Below are positions 12,840-25,628 of a stretch of DNA of 64,000 bases, piece after piece; within the stretch, counting starts at the first letter, position 1; each line of letters begins with the position of its first letter. Source of the DNA: Balanoglossus misakiensis. Lineage: Eukaryota > Animalia > Hemichordata. A model generated the notes under the pieces. It had not been told where the DNA came from, did not search any database, and saw nothing but the letters and a program-made list of their open reading frames with translations. The stretch spans positions 1,258,247 to 1,322,246 of the forward strand of contig CM082594.2 in the NCBI GenBank assembly GCA_040954595.2, read 5' to 3'. The position numbers and the translations under genes were made by a program.

Positions 12840-15800
12840 TAGTCCAGGAGATAGGTGCCGTTAATCAGAATTTTTGGTAAGGAAGGTTTGAGAAGTCCAT
12901 TCTATGTAAAAAATGGTGCTGATTCCAAAAAAGTCAGTCTTATTGACCCCACTCAAGACAAAATTGCCATTTTGGCCATTTTTAACCCAAAAATGGTCTT
13001 TTTTAGAAAACACTAAAAACACACTGTTTTCGTCACATTCTGAGATCTGATGACATATGATATGCTTATTCTATGTAAAATATGGTGAATATTACGAAAA
13101 AAGTAGTCCGATTGACCCAAAACAACAGAAAATTGCCTTTTTGACCATTTTTTGCCCAAAAAACGTCATTTTTAGAAAAAATTTAAAACACACGGTTTCT
13201 TCATAATGATTGATCTGTTGATATATGGAAAGTCAATTCTGTGTTAAAAGTGGTGACTTTAAAAAATAAAGCAGTCTTTTTGACCTCAATCAATACAAAA
13301 ATGCCATTTTTGGCCACTTTTTGAGGTCAAAAAAGGTCATTTTTACAAAAAAACTAAAAATAAATTGTGTTGTTCATATTCAGAGATCATTGGGTATATG
13401 AAATGTCCATTCTATGTAAAAAATGGTTCTGATTCCAGAAATAGCAGTCTTATTGACCCTACTCAAGAAAAAATGCCATTTTTGCCACTTTTTGCCCAAA
13501 AACGTCATTTTTAGAAAACACTCAAAATTTATATATTTTCTTCACTTTCGGAGATCTGATAATGTATTTTATTCCCACCCTATGTTAAATTTGGTGATTA
13601 TTCCAAAAAAGGCAGATTTATTGACCCAACCTAATGCAAAAATGCCCTTTTGGAAAGTTTTTGCCCAAAAAGGCCATTTTTAGAAAAAAAATTAAAAACA
13701 AACTTTTCATCATAAAGCTCAGAGATCATGTGATATATGAAATGTTCATCCTATGTAAAAATTGGTACTGATTCCAGAAATAGCAGTCTTATTGATCCTA
13801 CTCAAGAAAAAATGGCATTTTTGCCACTTTTTGCCCCAAAAACGTCATTTTCAGAAAACACTCAAAATGTATATAATGTATTTTCTTCACTTTCGGAGAT
13901 CTGATAATGTATTATATGCCCACTATATGTGAAAAATTTCCAAAAAAGCAGTTTTATTGATGCCACTCAAGATAAAAGTGCCTTTTTGGCAAGTTTTTGC
14001 CCAAAAAGTGTCATTTCTAAAAAATACGAAAAATATGCCATTTTCTTCCCATTGGTGATCTAATGATAAATAAAAGTAGGGACATTTAAAAAAAACCACT
14101 CTTGCTGACCCCACAGAGGGAAAAACTACCATTTTGGCCTCTTTGCTCAAAAAGGTAACTGTTAGAAAAAATAAATACAAACTTATTCCTTCATATTCAG
14201 AGCCCTTGTGATGTATGTAAATTCGTTTTTTTTGTGTGTGTTTTTTTTGTGCAAAAAATATGCTGATACCAGCACAACGGTCTTATTGAGACACCCCGCT
14301 CAGTACAAAATTGCCATTTAGCCATCTTTTGGTCAACAATAGGCATTTTCAGAAAACAAATATAATTGATGTTTTGCCTTTTGTGTTCTGATGTTGTATA
14401 TGCATATTTAAAACGCCATAACCATATAATATCAATTAAATTGATGATATTGAAAGACAGAGTTGCCACAATTTGGCACATTTAGCCCAAAACTGAACTC
14501 AACAATAAGATGATCCATGTATACGCACTGTCTACTATAAGTCGATTATGCGTGGTGTGAAATATTTAGGTTCAGATATGCCAGCTCGGGAGAGATTGTT
14601 GAAATTTATTCTCTTCAATCTGAATACAAATTCAGAAATTATATTATAATTTATATCATGATACCTCCGTCATACTGATTGGACAGGAGTGCAACCCAAT
14701 TGAACGATGCTAGAATACTCAATAGAGCACTGCTAAAACTGACCCCTGAACTAGCACGCAGCAAGGAAAATGTGGGCTTAAACCAAATAAACATAATAAA
14801 AACACTTAAATTCCTTGACGTTTTAATTTGGAACTGCTGTAGGGGAATATTTGGGCAATGTGCAATGCCTTTCTTTTGTCATCTGTATCATGTTTAGAGC
14901 TTGGTCCCGGGCGGCGTGTTTACATTCATCGACGCGAGTTTTGTTCAATTCGTAACTTCTTTTCCTCTCGACGCTGTTTCATCATCATTATGATTTCAAC
15001 TTGGGCTAATTTTGCAAAAACTCCAAATACAAACATTTTTTCGGTACAAAATGGCTAAAAGGATAAATTTTTCTTGAGTAGATCTATTTTTGGCTACAAA
15101 TAGCCAAAAAGGCAATTTTGACTAGAGTGGGGCCAACCAGACTGCCGTTTTTGGAATAGTCACCAAATTTTACACAGAATGGACTTTTCATACATGATCA
15201 GATCTCTGAATATGAAGAAAACAATTTGTCTTTAGTTTGTTTGTTTGTTTTTAATGAACATTTTTGACCAATAAAGTGGCCGAAATTACAAATTTCAATT
15301 GAATAGGGTAAGTAAGACTTCCGTTTTTGGAACAGTAACCACGTTTCAATATAGAATGGGATTTTATTTATAATGAGAAAGTGAAGAAAAGAGAATGCTA
15401 TTAATATATTCTTAAAAATAAAAAATTGTGCAAAACTTAGCCAAAAAGGCGATTTCATCATGGTTAAGGTCATTAAGACTGCATTTCTGGAAACAACACC
15501 TATTTTACAATAAATGTACTTTTCACACATCATAGAATCTCCAAATAAGAATCAAACAGTTTGTTTTTAATGATTTTCAAAAAGTGGCTTTTTGGGCAAA
15601 AACTTGTCAAAAAAGCACTGTTTTCTTGAGTGGCGCCAGTGAAAATTTTTTTTTGATTTTTTTCACATAGAGTGGGTATATAATACATCATCATCTCCGA
15701 AAGTGAAGGAAATATAAAAGTTTTGGGTGTTTTCTAGAAATGACACTTTTTGGGCAAAAACTTGCCAAAAGGCACTTTTATCTTGAGTGGCATCAATAAA

Positions 15801-16909
15801 ACTGCTTTTTTGGAAATGTTTCACATATAGTGGGCATATAATACATTATCAGATCTCCGAAAGTGAAGAAAATATATAAATTTTGAGTGTTTTCTGAAAA
15901 TGACGTTTTTGGGGCAAAAAGTGGCAAAAAGGGCATTTTTTCTTGAGTAGGATCAATAAGACTGTTATTTCTGGAATCAGCACCAATTTTTACATAGGAT
16001 GAACATTTCATATATCACATGATCTCTGAGCTTTATGATGAAAAGTTTGTTTTTAACATTTTTTCTAAAAATGGCCTTTTTGGGCAAAAACTTTCCAAAA
16101 GGGCATTTTTGCATTAGGTTGGGTCAATAAATCTGCTTTTTTGGAATAATCACCAAATTTTACATAGGGTGGGCATATAATACATTATCAGATCTCCGAA
16201 AGTGAAGAAAATATATAAATTTTGAGTGTTTTCTAAAAATGACGTTTTTGGGCAAAAAGTGGCAAAAATGGCATTTTTTCTTGAGTAGGGTCAATAAGAC
16301 TGCTATTTCTGGAATCAGCATCATTTTTTTACATAGAATGGACATTTCATATATCCAATGATCTCTGAATATGACAAACACAATTTATTTTTAGTTTTTT
16401 TGTAAAAATAACCTTTTTTGACCTCAAAAAGTGGCCAAAAATGGCATTTTTGTATTGTTTGAGGTCAAAAGGACTGCTTTATTTTTTAAAGTCAACACTT
16501 TTAACATAGAATTGACTTTCCATATATCACCAGATCAATCATTATGAAGAAAACCGTGTGTTTTAAATTTTTTCTAAAAATGACGTTTTTTGGGGAAAAA
16601 ATGGTCAAAAAGGCAATTTTCTGTTGTTTTGGGTCAATCGGACTACTTTTTTCGTAATATTCACCAAATTTTACATAGAATAAGCATATCATATGTCCTC
16701 AGATCTCACAATGTGACGAAAACAGTGTGTTTTTAGTGTTTTCTAAAAAAGACCATTTTTGGGTTAAAAATGGCCAAAATGGCAATTTTGTCTTGAGTGG
16801 GGTCAATAAGACTGACTTTTTTGGAATCAGCACCATTTTTTACATAGAATGGACTTCTCAAACCTTCCTTACCAAAAATTCTGATTAACGGCACCTATCT
16901 CCTGGACTA
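12840..16909. mobile_element. Foldback-type non-autonomous element with about 1.2-kb modular TIRs
   Basis: 12840 to about 14020 is a near-identical inverted repeat of about 15733-16909, built from diverged roughly 170-bp subrepeats that continue inward. Termini TAGTCCAGGAG...CTCCTGGACTA. No coding spacer. Confidence 0.9.
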
Positions 16910-17349
16910 AAAGACAGTATAGGCTGGGTACAAAAAATATGAAATATAATATTTAAAAATCTTCTTCTCAAAATTGACTTGGCCCAGGGCCTTGAAATTT
17001 GGCATGTAGGACACTGACCATATGGTCCGCAAAATGAATGCACAGAATTTTGATATCGTCATTCATATGCAAATTAGGCCAATTTGAAAACTTTGCCCAT
17101 ATATGGTCATCAGGTCATGTGACTAATTAAACATTCACGAGGGTACTGCACGAGCTCTCATAGACCTGCACCCGTGTGCCAAGTTTGAGAGTTGTAGGTT
17201 CAGCCGTTTCCAAGATCCTAGTTGGCGAAAAAACTGCACAAGAAAAAGAAGTAGAAGAAAAAACACAGTAAAACCAATAGGGCACAAGCGCCTGAGGGCG
17301 CTTGGTCCCCTAATCAAAAGCGGTTAATAACGGTCAGTCAACTCACGTC

Positions 17350-20300
17350 TACTAACTCTTCTTATGTGAAAGGATGCGTAAGACTACAATAAAACTCAAA
17401 GGGCCTCTCTTCAATGTTAGTCATCATACCCTTCCACCCTGTGATTTTGATGAACACTTTTCCCCCCAGCTTTATAATTCATTTTGTGTTGCCCATCTAA
17501 ATGTCAGATCATTAAACAGAAACGTTGATGCCTTAAAATTACTATATGAAGATATTATCAAGTCCAAATTCGCTATCATTGGAATTTCTGAAGTATGGGA
17601 CCCAAATAACTTAAGTATTTGTAATATGCAAGATTACACATTAGAAGTGAAGTCTCGTGAAGTAGGAAGGGGTGGTGGGGTTGGGGCTTACATACATTCA
17701 TCAGTAATCTACAAGCTGCTTCGAGCAAGTGTCAGTCACTCAGAATCACTCTGGATGGAGGTACAGGTTAAAAATACGAAGATAATTATGGGAATAATCT
17801 ACAGAAAACCTAATACTGATATAACAGAATTTCAAATTAGTCTCGTGCAAGTTTTAAATGAGTTCAGATGTGACAAAAATAATTGTATTTTAATGGGCGA
17901 TTTTAATATTGATACTAACATAAGACTGACCAACCCCAATATAGATTCATATCTATCCTCCTTGGAATGTATAGGCTTAAGACAGCTGATATCTATCCCA
18001 ACCAGAGTGACTAGTTCATCTGAAACTTTAATTGACCACATCTACACAAAAAATAATCAACGTCCTATTCATGCTGGCACTATAATCACAGATATTTCAG
18101 ACCATTTCCCTGTGTATACTCTTTTAGAAAATATTCCTCTAAAATTGCCACAAAAAGAGAAAATTATTTTCAGAAATTTCAAAAACTATAGTCCCTCCCA
18201 ATTTTACGACGATCTTGAAATCACAAAATGGGATTCTGTGTACCATTCCTCTGATGCTAATGAGGCTTACAACAATTTTTATTCAGTCTTTAATGAAATT
18301 TGTGATAAACATGCACCTATTTCTACAAAATCCTATAGTACCAAAAAAAAAAAAAACCTTGGATCACCAAATCACTTAGAAAATCTATTAACACCAAACA
18401 TAGGCTATATAACAAATTATATAAATCAAAATTTAATAATGCTGTTGCTGTTGATAATTATAAAAAATATCGAAATATTTTATCGGCTTTACTCAGGAAA
18501 GCCAAACAGATGTACTATATCAATATTTTTATACAAAATGAAAATAACACTACTGCAATATGGAAAACAATTAGAGAGATACTTGGAAGCCAAGGTAATG
18601 CCAGTCAATCTCTGCCAGATAATCTGTGTGTTAAGTCTTATGGTAAGGTACGAACCGTAAATAAGAAAACTGACATTGTCAATGAGCTAAATAACTACTT
18701 TGTTGGTATTGGTCCAGACCTTGCTAGTAAAATAAAGTCTAACAATTGCAACTTCAATAATTACCTCAAGGCACCCATCTCAAACTCAATCTTTCTTGCC
18801 CCAACAACTCAGTTTGAAATACAAAAAATTATTTGTAGCCTAGATCCTTATAAAGCTTGTGGCCAAGATCAAATTCCTGCCGGACTTCTTATAGATGGAG
18901 CTGCTGTAATATCTAAACCATTAGAATACATATTCAACCTCTCCTTTCAATAAGGAATATTTCTGAAAGCCCTTAAATCAGCAAAAGTTATACCAAGTTT
19001 CAAGAAAGGAACCACTGATGATCCAGGAAATTACAGACCAATATCAATTTTACCTCTTATAAGCAAAGTCTTAGAAAAAATAGTCAACTCCCATCTTACC
19101 AACTTTGTAGAACAATTTAATATTCTATATGAACATCCGTATGCCTTTCGACAAAAATATAGTACCAAACTCTCTCTGATCAATCTTGTCAATTATCTCA
19201 TTAAGCAACTTGATGCTGGCAGAATTACACTTGGCATTTTCCTTGACTTTTCAAAAGCCTTTGATACCATTGATCATACAATATTACTATCTAAACTCTC
19301 TCACTATGGTATACGTGGACGTCCTCTACAATGGTTTACAGATTATTTAAAAGATAGATGTCAACATGTTTGTGCTGATGGCCATATCTCATCTAGCCAT
19401 AATATTACATGTGGAGTTCCACAGGGTTCTGTCCTTGGACCTACTCTATTTTTTATTATTTATTAATGATATAGCCCTTTCAACATCCTTCTTCAACTTT
19501 CGGCTGTTTGCTGATGATACAAATCTGTCCCATACAAAAGTGATATCAATCTGAACCATGTTGACAGCCAGTTACAGCTAGTACTAGATTGGTGCAATGC
19601 CAACAAACTCACTATAAATCACCTAAAAATAAATTACATTATTTTCAGAAACCAAAGACGAAAGGTTTCCCATGTTGGTTTTCTCCACATAAATAATATG
19701 GTCATAAATGAGGTAGAAGCTGCATCATTTGTTGGCATTCTCATTGACAGGCATCTTACCTTGTCAAAACATATCCAGATGCTAAACACAATCATCAGAA
19801 AGAAAGTTGGCATTCTCTTTAAACTCAGACATTTTGTACCTACCCCTATACTTACCTTACTCTACAAATCACTTATCCAACCACATATAACATACAGCCT
19901 CGAAGTATGGGGGTCAACATATCCTTCATATCTCAACCGTATTAGGTTATTACAAAAATGGCAGTAAGAGCAATAACCTTCAGTGTTTTCACAGCTCATT
20001 CAACTCCTTTATTCCATAAATTGAAAATCCCTGATATTTTCAAATTACATAAGCTCCGGGTATGCTCCTTCATGTATGATCTTGTAAACAATAATCTTCC
20101 ACAAAGGCTGACAACCTAATGTCAATTACCTCTCCATGATTACAGTACACGCCACAAAAACCAAGGTAATCTCCATATTCCAAGTGTAAATACAACAATG
20201 GGCAAATTTGCAATATCTGCAAATTTGTAACTAATTTTTATACCGCAATGTACAGAGGAATGGGAAAGGACTTGACTAGCACCTGCTATTTTCTGTTCCC

Positions 20301-20404
20301 AATTACCTTAAGTTTTCATTCAACCTGTCTCACTCGTGAGTTATGTAAATACTTTTCAACTTTTCAACAAGGGTAATAAATTGAAATGAAATTGAATTTA
20401 ATTG
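17350..20404 (+). mobile_element. L2/CR1-group LINE, copy B
   Basis: Same sequence, TSD (17340-17349 and 20405-20414) and flanks as copy A. The APE domain is open (ORF 17374-18660), RT has stops and frameshifts, and there is a roughly 265-bp deletion near 20218. Confidence 0.92.
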
Positions 20405-20659
20405 AACTCACGTCATCAGAGTAGACAAAGAAAATACGATCACGCAATATTTCAACGATCAACTCTCTCAAACTATAGATTAAAAAGGCTGATTATTCAG
20501 TTCAATGTCATTCTATCACAGTTCTTTTGCGATAGCAGACGATTCAAGAGTCTTCCCTTCTTCATTCCACGAGACCTCTTTTCTTCGTCGCCAGAACTGC
20601 TTCAACTACATGCTTCTGGATTCGACGCCCCTCTGATCAAACAACAGATCCATCGTTGA

Positions 20660-21510
20660 AAACCCGTCCACGCATTCCACGCAGTCAACAGTCAGCACCA
20701 ACCTTTTTTCTGTTCTCGTTTCCTTCTGAAGCAGACCATTGGATCGTCCGTTTCGCCAGCTTTTTTTCTTCTTACTTCTTTCTCGGTTCAGGAATCAGTG
20801 GCAACATCTCTGCCTACCCGGATTCTAACACCATCTTGTTACGGCCGGTCGTCCTCCTCATCGGCTTCTGTGGGGAATCAGCCACGTCCGAAGGCTGACG
20901 CCGTACATTCTCTCCATCTCCTTCTCCACCCAACATATTCACAGAGTCCGAGAGAGGTACCCGGCAGATCGTAAACCTTTCGTAGACAGAGACTTACAAC
21001 AAGTTTTCCGAGTAACACAAAGTTCTGGTTTATTACTGGTCACACGTAAGAATTACACGACTCGATCCATGCTCGTTGACTCCCATCACGGATCTCCGGT
21101 GATAAACGTGTGATCTCAAATTTCACCACACCTTATTAATACGTTTGTCAAGTATTAAGTCATAAAAGGAACACGTCATCTTAATATTTCTTAAACATGA
21201 ACTTAGCGCGTGATATCTCTATCTCGTTCTGACATGTATCAATTACACAATCTTGTTTACTCTGGGTCAAGTACCTATGTCAATACTGGACTAAAACCAT
21301 ATAAGTGAATGACTTTTTACGTAATCATAAACAAGATCTATGATCGTTAAACTCAATCGTGACAATTGTATTACCGCTGGTTTCTCATGATTGTTCATGC
21401 ATCGGGGAATCTGTAGCGATGAGGTAACGGGCTCTGACGAGAACCGTGATCCACGGAGACACGTATCTGATTTACGTTCATTTATTGTCCGGAATTATTA
21501 TAGTACATCA
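20660..21510 (-). mobile_element. Possible LTR-retroelement 5' LTR and leader remnant
   Basis: Minus strand: TGATG start at 21510, AATAAA near 21030, imperfect tRNA-Ala-like PBS (GGTGGAGAA) near 20922-20930, purine-rich leader. No partner LTR and no gag seen. Confidence 0.25.
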
Positions 21511-24500
21511 AATACGCCCAGTAAAGTACACGAGGAAGGGAACGAGCTCAGTAGCCTGAGGTACTCCCATCTCCCGTAAGATTATTCTCCCCTAACTTTG
21601 GAAACAAAGTTCTCTTATAATTACTTTTCTCAAAGCGTGGTTAACCATGTAAATGTCACAAATACATGTAGTGGCCAGTGTCGTGCCCATTAATTTTGAG
21701 TGTTTGGTGGGGTCAACCTTTGCGTCAACATTGATTAGCCAGGCCATGCAGAGCTAGTGGCCAGTGTCGTGCCCATTAATTTTGAGTGTTTGGTGGGGTC
21801 AACCTTTGCGTCAACATTGATTAGCCAGGCCATGCAGAGCTAGTGGCCAGTGTCGTGCCCATTAATTTTGAGTGTTTGGTGGGGTCAACCTTTGCGTCAA
21901 CATTGATTAGCCAGGCCATGCAGAGCTAGTGGCCAGTGTCGTGCCCATTAAATTTGAGTGTTTGGTGGGGTCAACCTTTGCGTCAACATTGATTAGCCAG
22001 GCCATGCAGAGCTAGTGGCCAGTGTCGTGCCCATTAATTTTGAGTGTTTGGTGGGGTCAACCTTTGCGTCAACATTGATTAACCAGGCCATGCAGAGCTA
22101 GTGGCCAGTGTCGTGCCCATCAATTTTGAGTGTTTGGTGGGGTCAACCTTTGCGTCAACATTGATTAGCCAGGCCATGCAGAGCTAGTGGCCAGTGTCGT
22201 GCCCATCAATTTTGAGTGTTTGGTGGGGTCAACCTTTGCGTCAACATTGATTAGCCAGGCCATGCAGAGCTAGTGGCCAGTGTCGTGCCCATCAATTTTG
22301 AGTGTTTGGTGGGGTCAACCTTTGCGTCAACATTGATTAGCCAGGCCATGCAGAGCTAGTGGCCAGTGTCGTGCCCATTAATTTTGAGTGTTTGGTGGGG
22401 TCAACCTTTGCATCAACATTGATTAGCCAGGCCATGCAGAGCTAGTGGCCAGTGTCGTGCCCATCAATTTTGAGTGTTTGGTGGGGTCAACCCTTGCGTC
22501 AACATTGATTAGCCAGGCCAGAGCTAGTGGCCAGTGTCGTGCCCATCAATTTTGAGTGTTTGGTGGGGTCAACCCTTGCGTCAACATTGATTAGCCAGGC
22601 CAGAGCTAGTGGCCAGTGTCGTGCCCATCAATTTTGAGTGTTTGGTGGGGTCAACCCTTGCATCAACATTGATTAGCCAGGCCATGCAGAGCTAGTGGCC
22701 AGTGTCGTGCCCATCAATTTTGAGTGTTTGGTGGGGTCAACCTTTGCGTCAACATTGATTAGCCAGGCCATGCAGAGCTAGTGGCCAGTGTCGTGCCCAT
22801 TAATTTTGAGTGTTTGGTGGGGTCAACCTTTGCGTCAACATTGATTAGCCAGGCCATGCAGAGCTAGTGGCCAGTGTCGTGCCCATCAATTTTGAGTGTT
22901 TGGTGGGGTCAACCCTTGCGTCAACATTGATTAGCCAGGCCAGAGCTAGTGGCCAGTGTCGTGCCCATCAATTTTGAGTGTTTGGTGGGGTCAACCCTTG
23001 CGTCAACATTGATTAGCCAGGCCAGAGCTAGTGGCCAGTGTCGTGCCCATCAATTTTGAGTGTTTCGTGGGGTCAACCCTTGCGTCAACATTGATTAGCC
23101 AGGCCATGCAGAGCTAGTGGCCAGTGTCGTGCCCATCAATTTTGAGTGTTTGGTGGTGTCAACCTTGATTAGCCAGGCCATGCAGAGCTAGTGGCCCGTG
23201 TCGTGCCCATCAATTTTGAGTGTTTGGTGGGGTCAACCTTTGCGTCAACCTTGATTAGCCAGGCCATGCAGAGCTAGTGGCCCGTGTCGTGCCCATCAAT
23301 TTTGAGTGTTTGGTGGGGTCAACCTTTGCGTCAACCTTGATTAGCCAGGCCATGCAGAGCTAGTGGCCAGTGTCGTGCCCATCAATTTTGAGTGTTTGGT
23401 GGGGTCAACCTTTGCGTCAACCTTGATTAGCCAGGCCATGCAGAGCTAGTGGCCAGTGTCGTGCCCATCAATTTTGAGTGTTTGGTGGGGTCAACCTTTG
23501 CGTCAACATTGATTAGCCAGGCCATGCAGAGCTAGTGGCCAGTGTCGTGCCCATTAATTTTGAGTGTTTGGTGGGGTCAACCTTTGCGTCAACATTGATT
23601 AGCCAGGCCATGCAGAGCTAGTGGCCAGTGTCGTGCCCATCAATTTTGAGTGTTTGGTGGGGTCAACCCTTGCGTCAACATTGATTAGCCAGGCCAGAGC
23701 TAGTGGCCAGTGTCGTGCCCATCAATTTTGAGTGTTTGGTGGGGTCAACCCTTGCGTCAACATTGATTAGCCAGGCCAGAGCTAGTGGCCAGTGTCGTGC
23801 CCATCAATTTTGAGTGTTTGGTGGGGTCAACCCTTGCGTCAACATTGATTAGCCAGGCCATGCAGAGCTAGTGGCCAGTGTCGTGCCCATCAATTTTGAG
23901 TGTTTGGTGGTGTCAACCTTGATTAGCCAGGCCATGCAGAGCTAGTGGCACGTGTCGTGCCCATTAATTTTGAGTGTTTGGTGGGGTCAACCTTTGCGTC
24001 AACATTGATTAGCCAGGCCATGCAGAGCTAGTGGCCAGTGTCGTGCCCATTAAATTTGAGTGTTTGGTGGGGTCAACCTTTGCGTCAACATTGATTAGCC
24101 AGGCCATGCAGAGCTAGTGGCCAGTGTCGTGCCCATCAATTTTGAGTGTTTGGTGGTGTCAACCTTGATTAGCCAGGCCATGCAGAGCTAGTGGAACGTG
24201 TCGTGCCCATTAATTTTGAGTGTTTGGTGGGGTCAACCTTTGCGTCAACATTGATTAGCCAGGCCATGCAGAGCTAGTGGCCAGTGTCGTGCCCATTAAA
24301 TTTGAGTGTTTGGTGGGGTCAACCTTTGCGTCAACATTGATTAGCCAGGCCATGCAGAGCTAGTGGCCAGTGTCGTGCCCATCAATTTTGAGTGTTTGGT
24401 GGGGTCAACCTTTGCGTCAACATTGATTAGCCAGGCCATGCAGAGCTAGTGGCCAGTGTCGTGCCCATTAATTTTGAGTGTTTGGTGGGGTCAACCTTTG

Positions 24501-25394
24501 CGTCAACATTGATTAGCCAGGCCATGCAGAGCTAGTGGCCAGTGTCGTGCCCATCAATTTTGAGTGTTTGGTGGGGTCAACCCTTGCGTCAACATTGATT
24601 AGCCAGGCCAGAGCTAGTGGCCAGTGTCGTGCCCATCAATTTTGAGTGTTTGGTGGGGTCAACCCTTGCGTCAACATTGATTAGCCAGGCCAGAGCTAGT
24701 GGCCAGTGTCGTGCCCATCAATTTTGAGTGTTTGGTGGGGTCAACCCTTGCGTCAACATTGATTAGCCAGGCCATGCAGAGCTAGTGGCCAGTGTCGTGC
24801 CCATCAATTTTGAGTGTTTGGTGGTGTCAACCTTGATTAGCCAGGCCATGCAGAGCTAGTGGCACGTGTCGTGCCCATTAATTTTGAGTGTTTGGTGGGG
24901 TCAACCTTTGCGTCAACATTGATTAGCCAGGCCATGCAGAGCTAGTGGCCAGTGTCGTGCCCATTAAATTTGAGTGTTTGGTGGGGTCAACCTTTGCGTC
25001 AACATTGATTAGCCAGGCCATGCAGAGCTAGTGGCCAGTGTCGTGCCCATCAATTTTGAGTGTTTGGTGGTGTCAACCTTGATTAGCCAGGCCATGCAGA
25101 GCTAGTGGAACGTGTCGTGCCCATTAATTTTGAGTGTTTGGTGGGGTCAACCTTTGCGTCAACATTGATTAGCCAGGCCATGCAGAGCTAGTGGCCAGTG
25201 TCGTGCCCATTAAATTTGAGTGTTTGGTGGGGTCAACCTTTGCGTCAACATTGATTAGCCAGGCCATGCAGAGCTAGTGGCCAGTGTCGTGCCCATCAAT
25301 TTTGAGTGTTTGGTGGGGTCAACCTTTGCGTCAACATTGATTAGCCAGGCCATGCAGAGCTAGTGGCCAGTGTCGTGCCCATTAATTTTGAGTG

Positions 25395-25592
25395 TTTTTT
25401 TTTTTTTTTTTTTGTAAATATTTACTTTTTCATGTGTCCTTTTTATTAAAATATGTTATTGCAATGTTATTTGTGAAGTCTACATTTCTGTACATTAAGC
25501 GTGGCAACTGATGAAATGATTCCTCTTGTCCAATTGTCAAGAGCATATTTTTTATTGACTTATCTACAAATATAACATACATGTATATACAT

Positions 25593-25628
<36 letters not shown>

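Larger units (their letters stand above)
11047..17314 (-). mobile_element. Helentron-associated interspersed element (HINE/DINE-1-like) with nested insertions
   Basis: On the minus strand: 5' subTIR AGGGGACCAAGC within a hairpin (17278-17313), a TTC-rich tract, a matching subTIR (AGGGGCCCAAGC on plus at 11068-11079) and a terminal stem-loop GCTGCAAGCAGC (11051-11062). The empty site is at 31-45. Confidence 0.75.

Noticed and set aside
13423-16692. Short ORFs within the foldback arms
   Set aside because: Chance translations of AT-rich subrepeats, mirrored on both strands.
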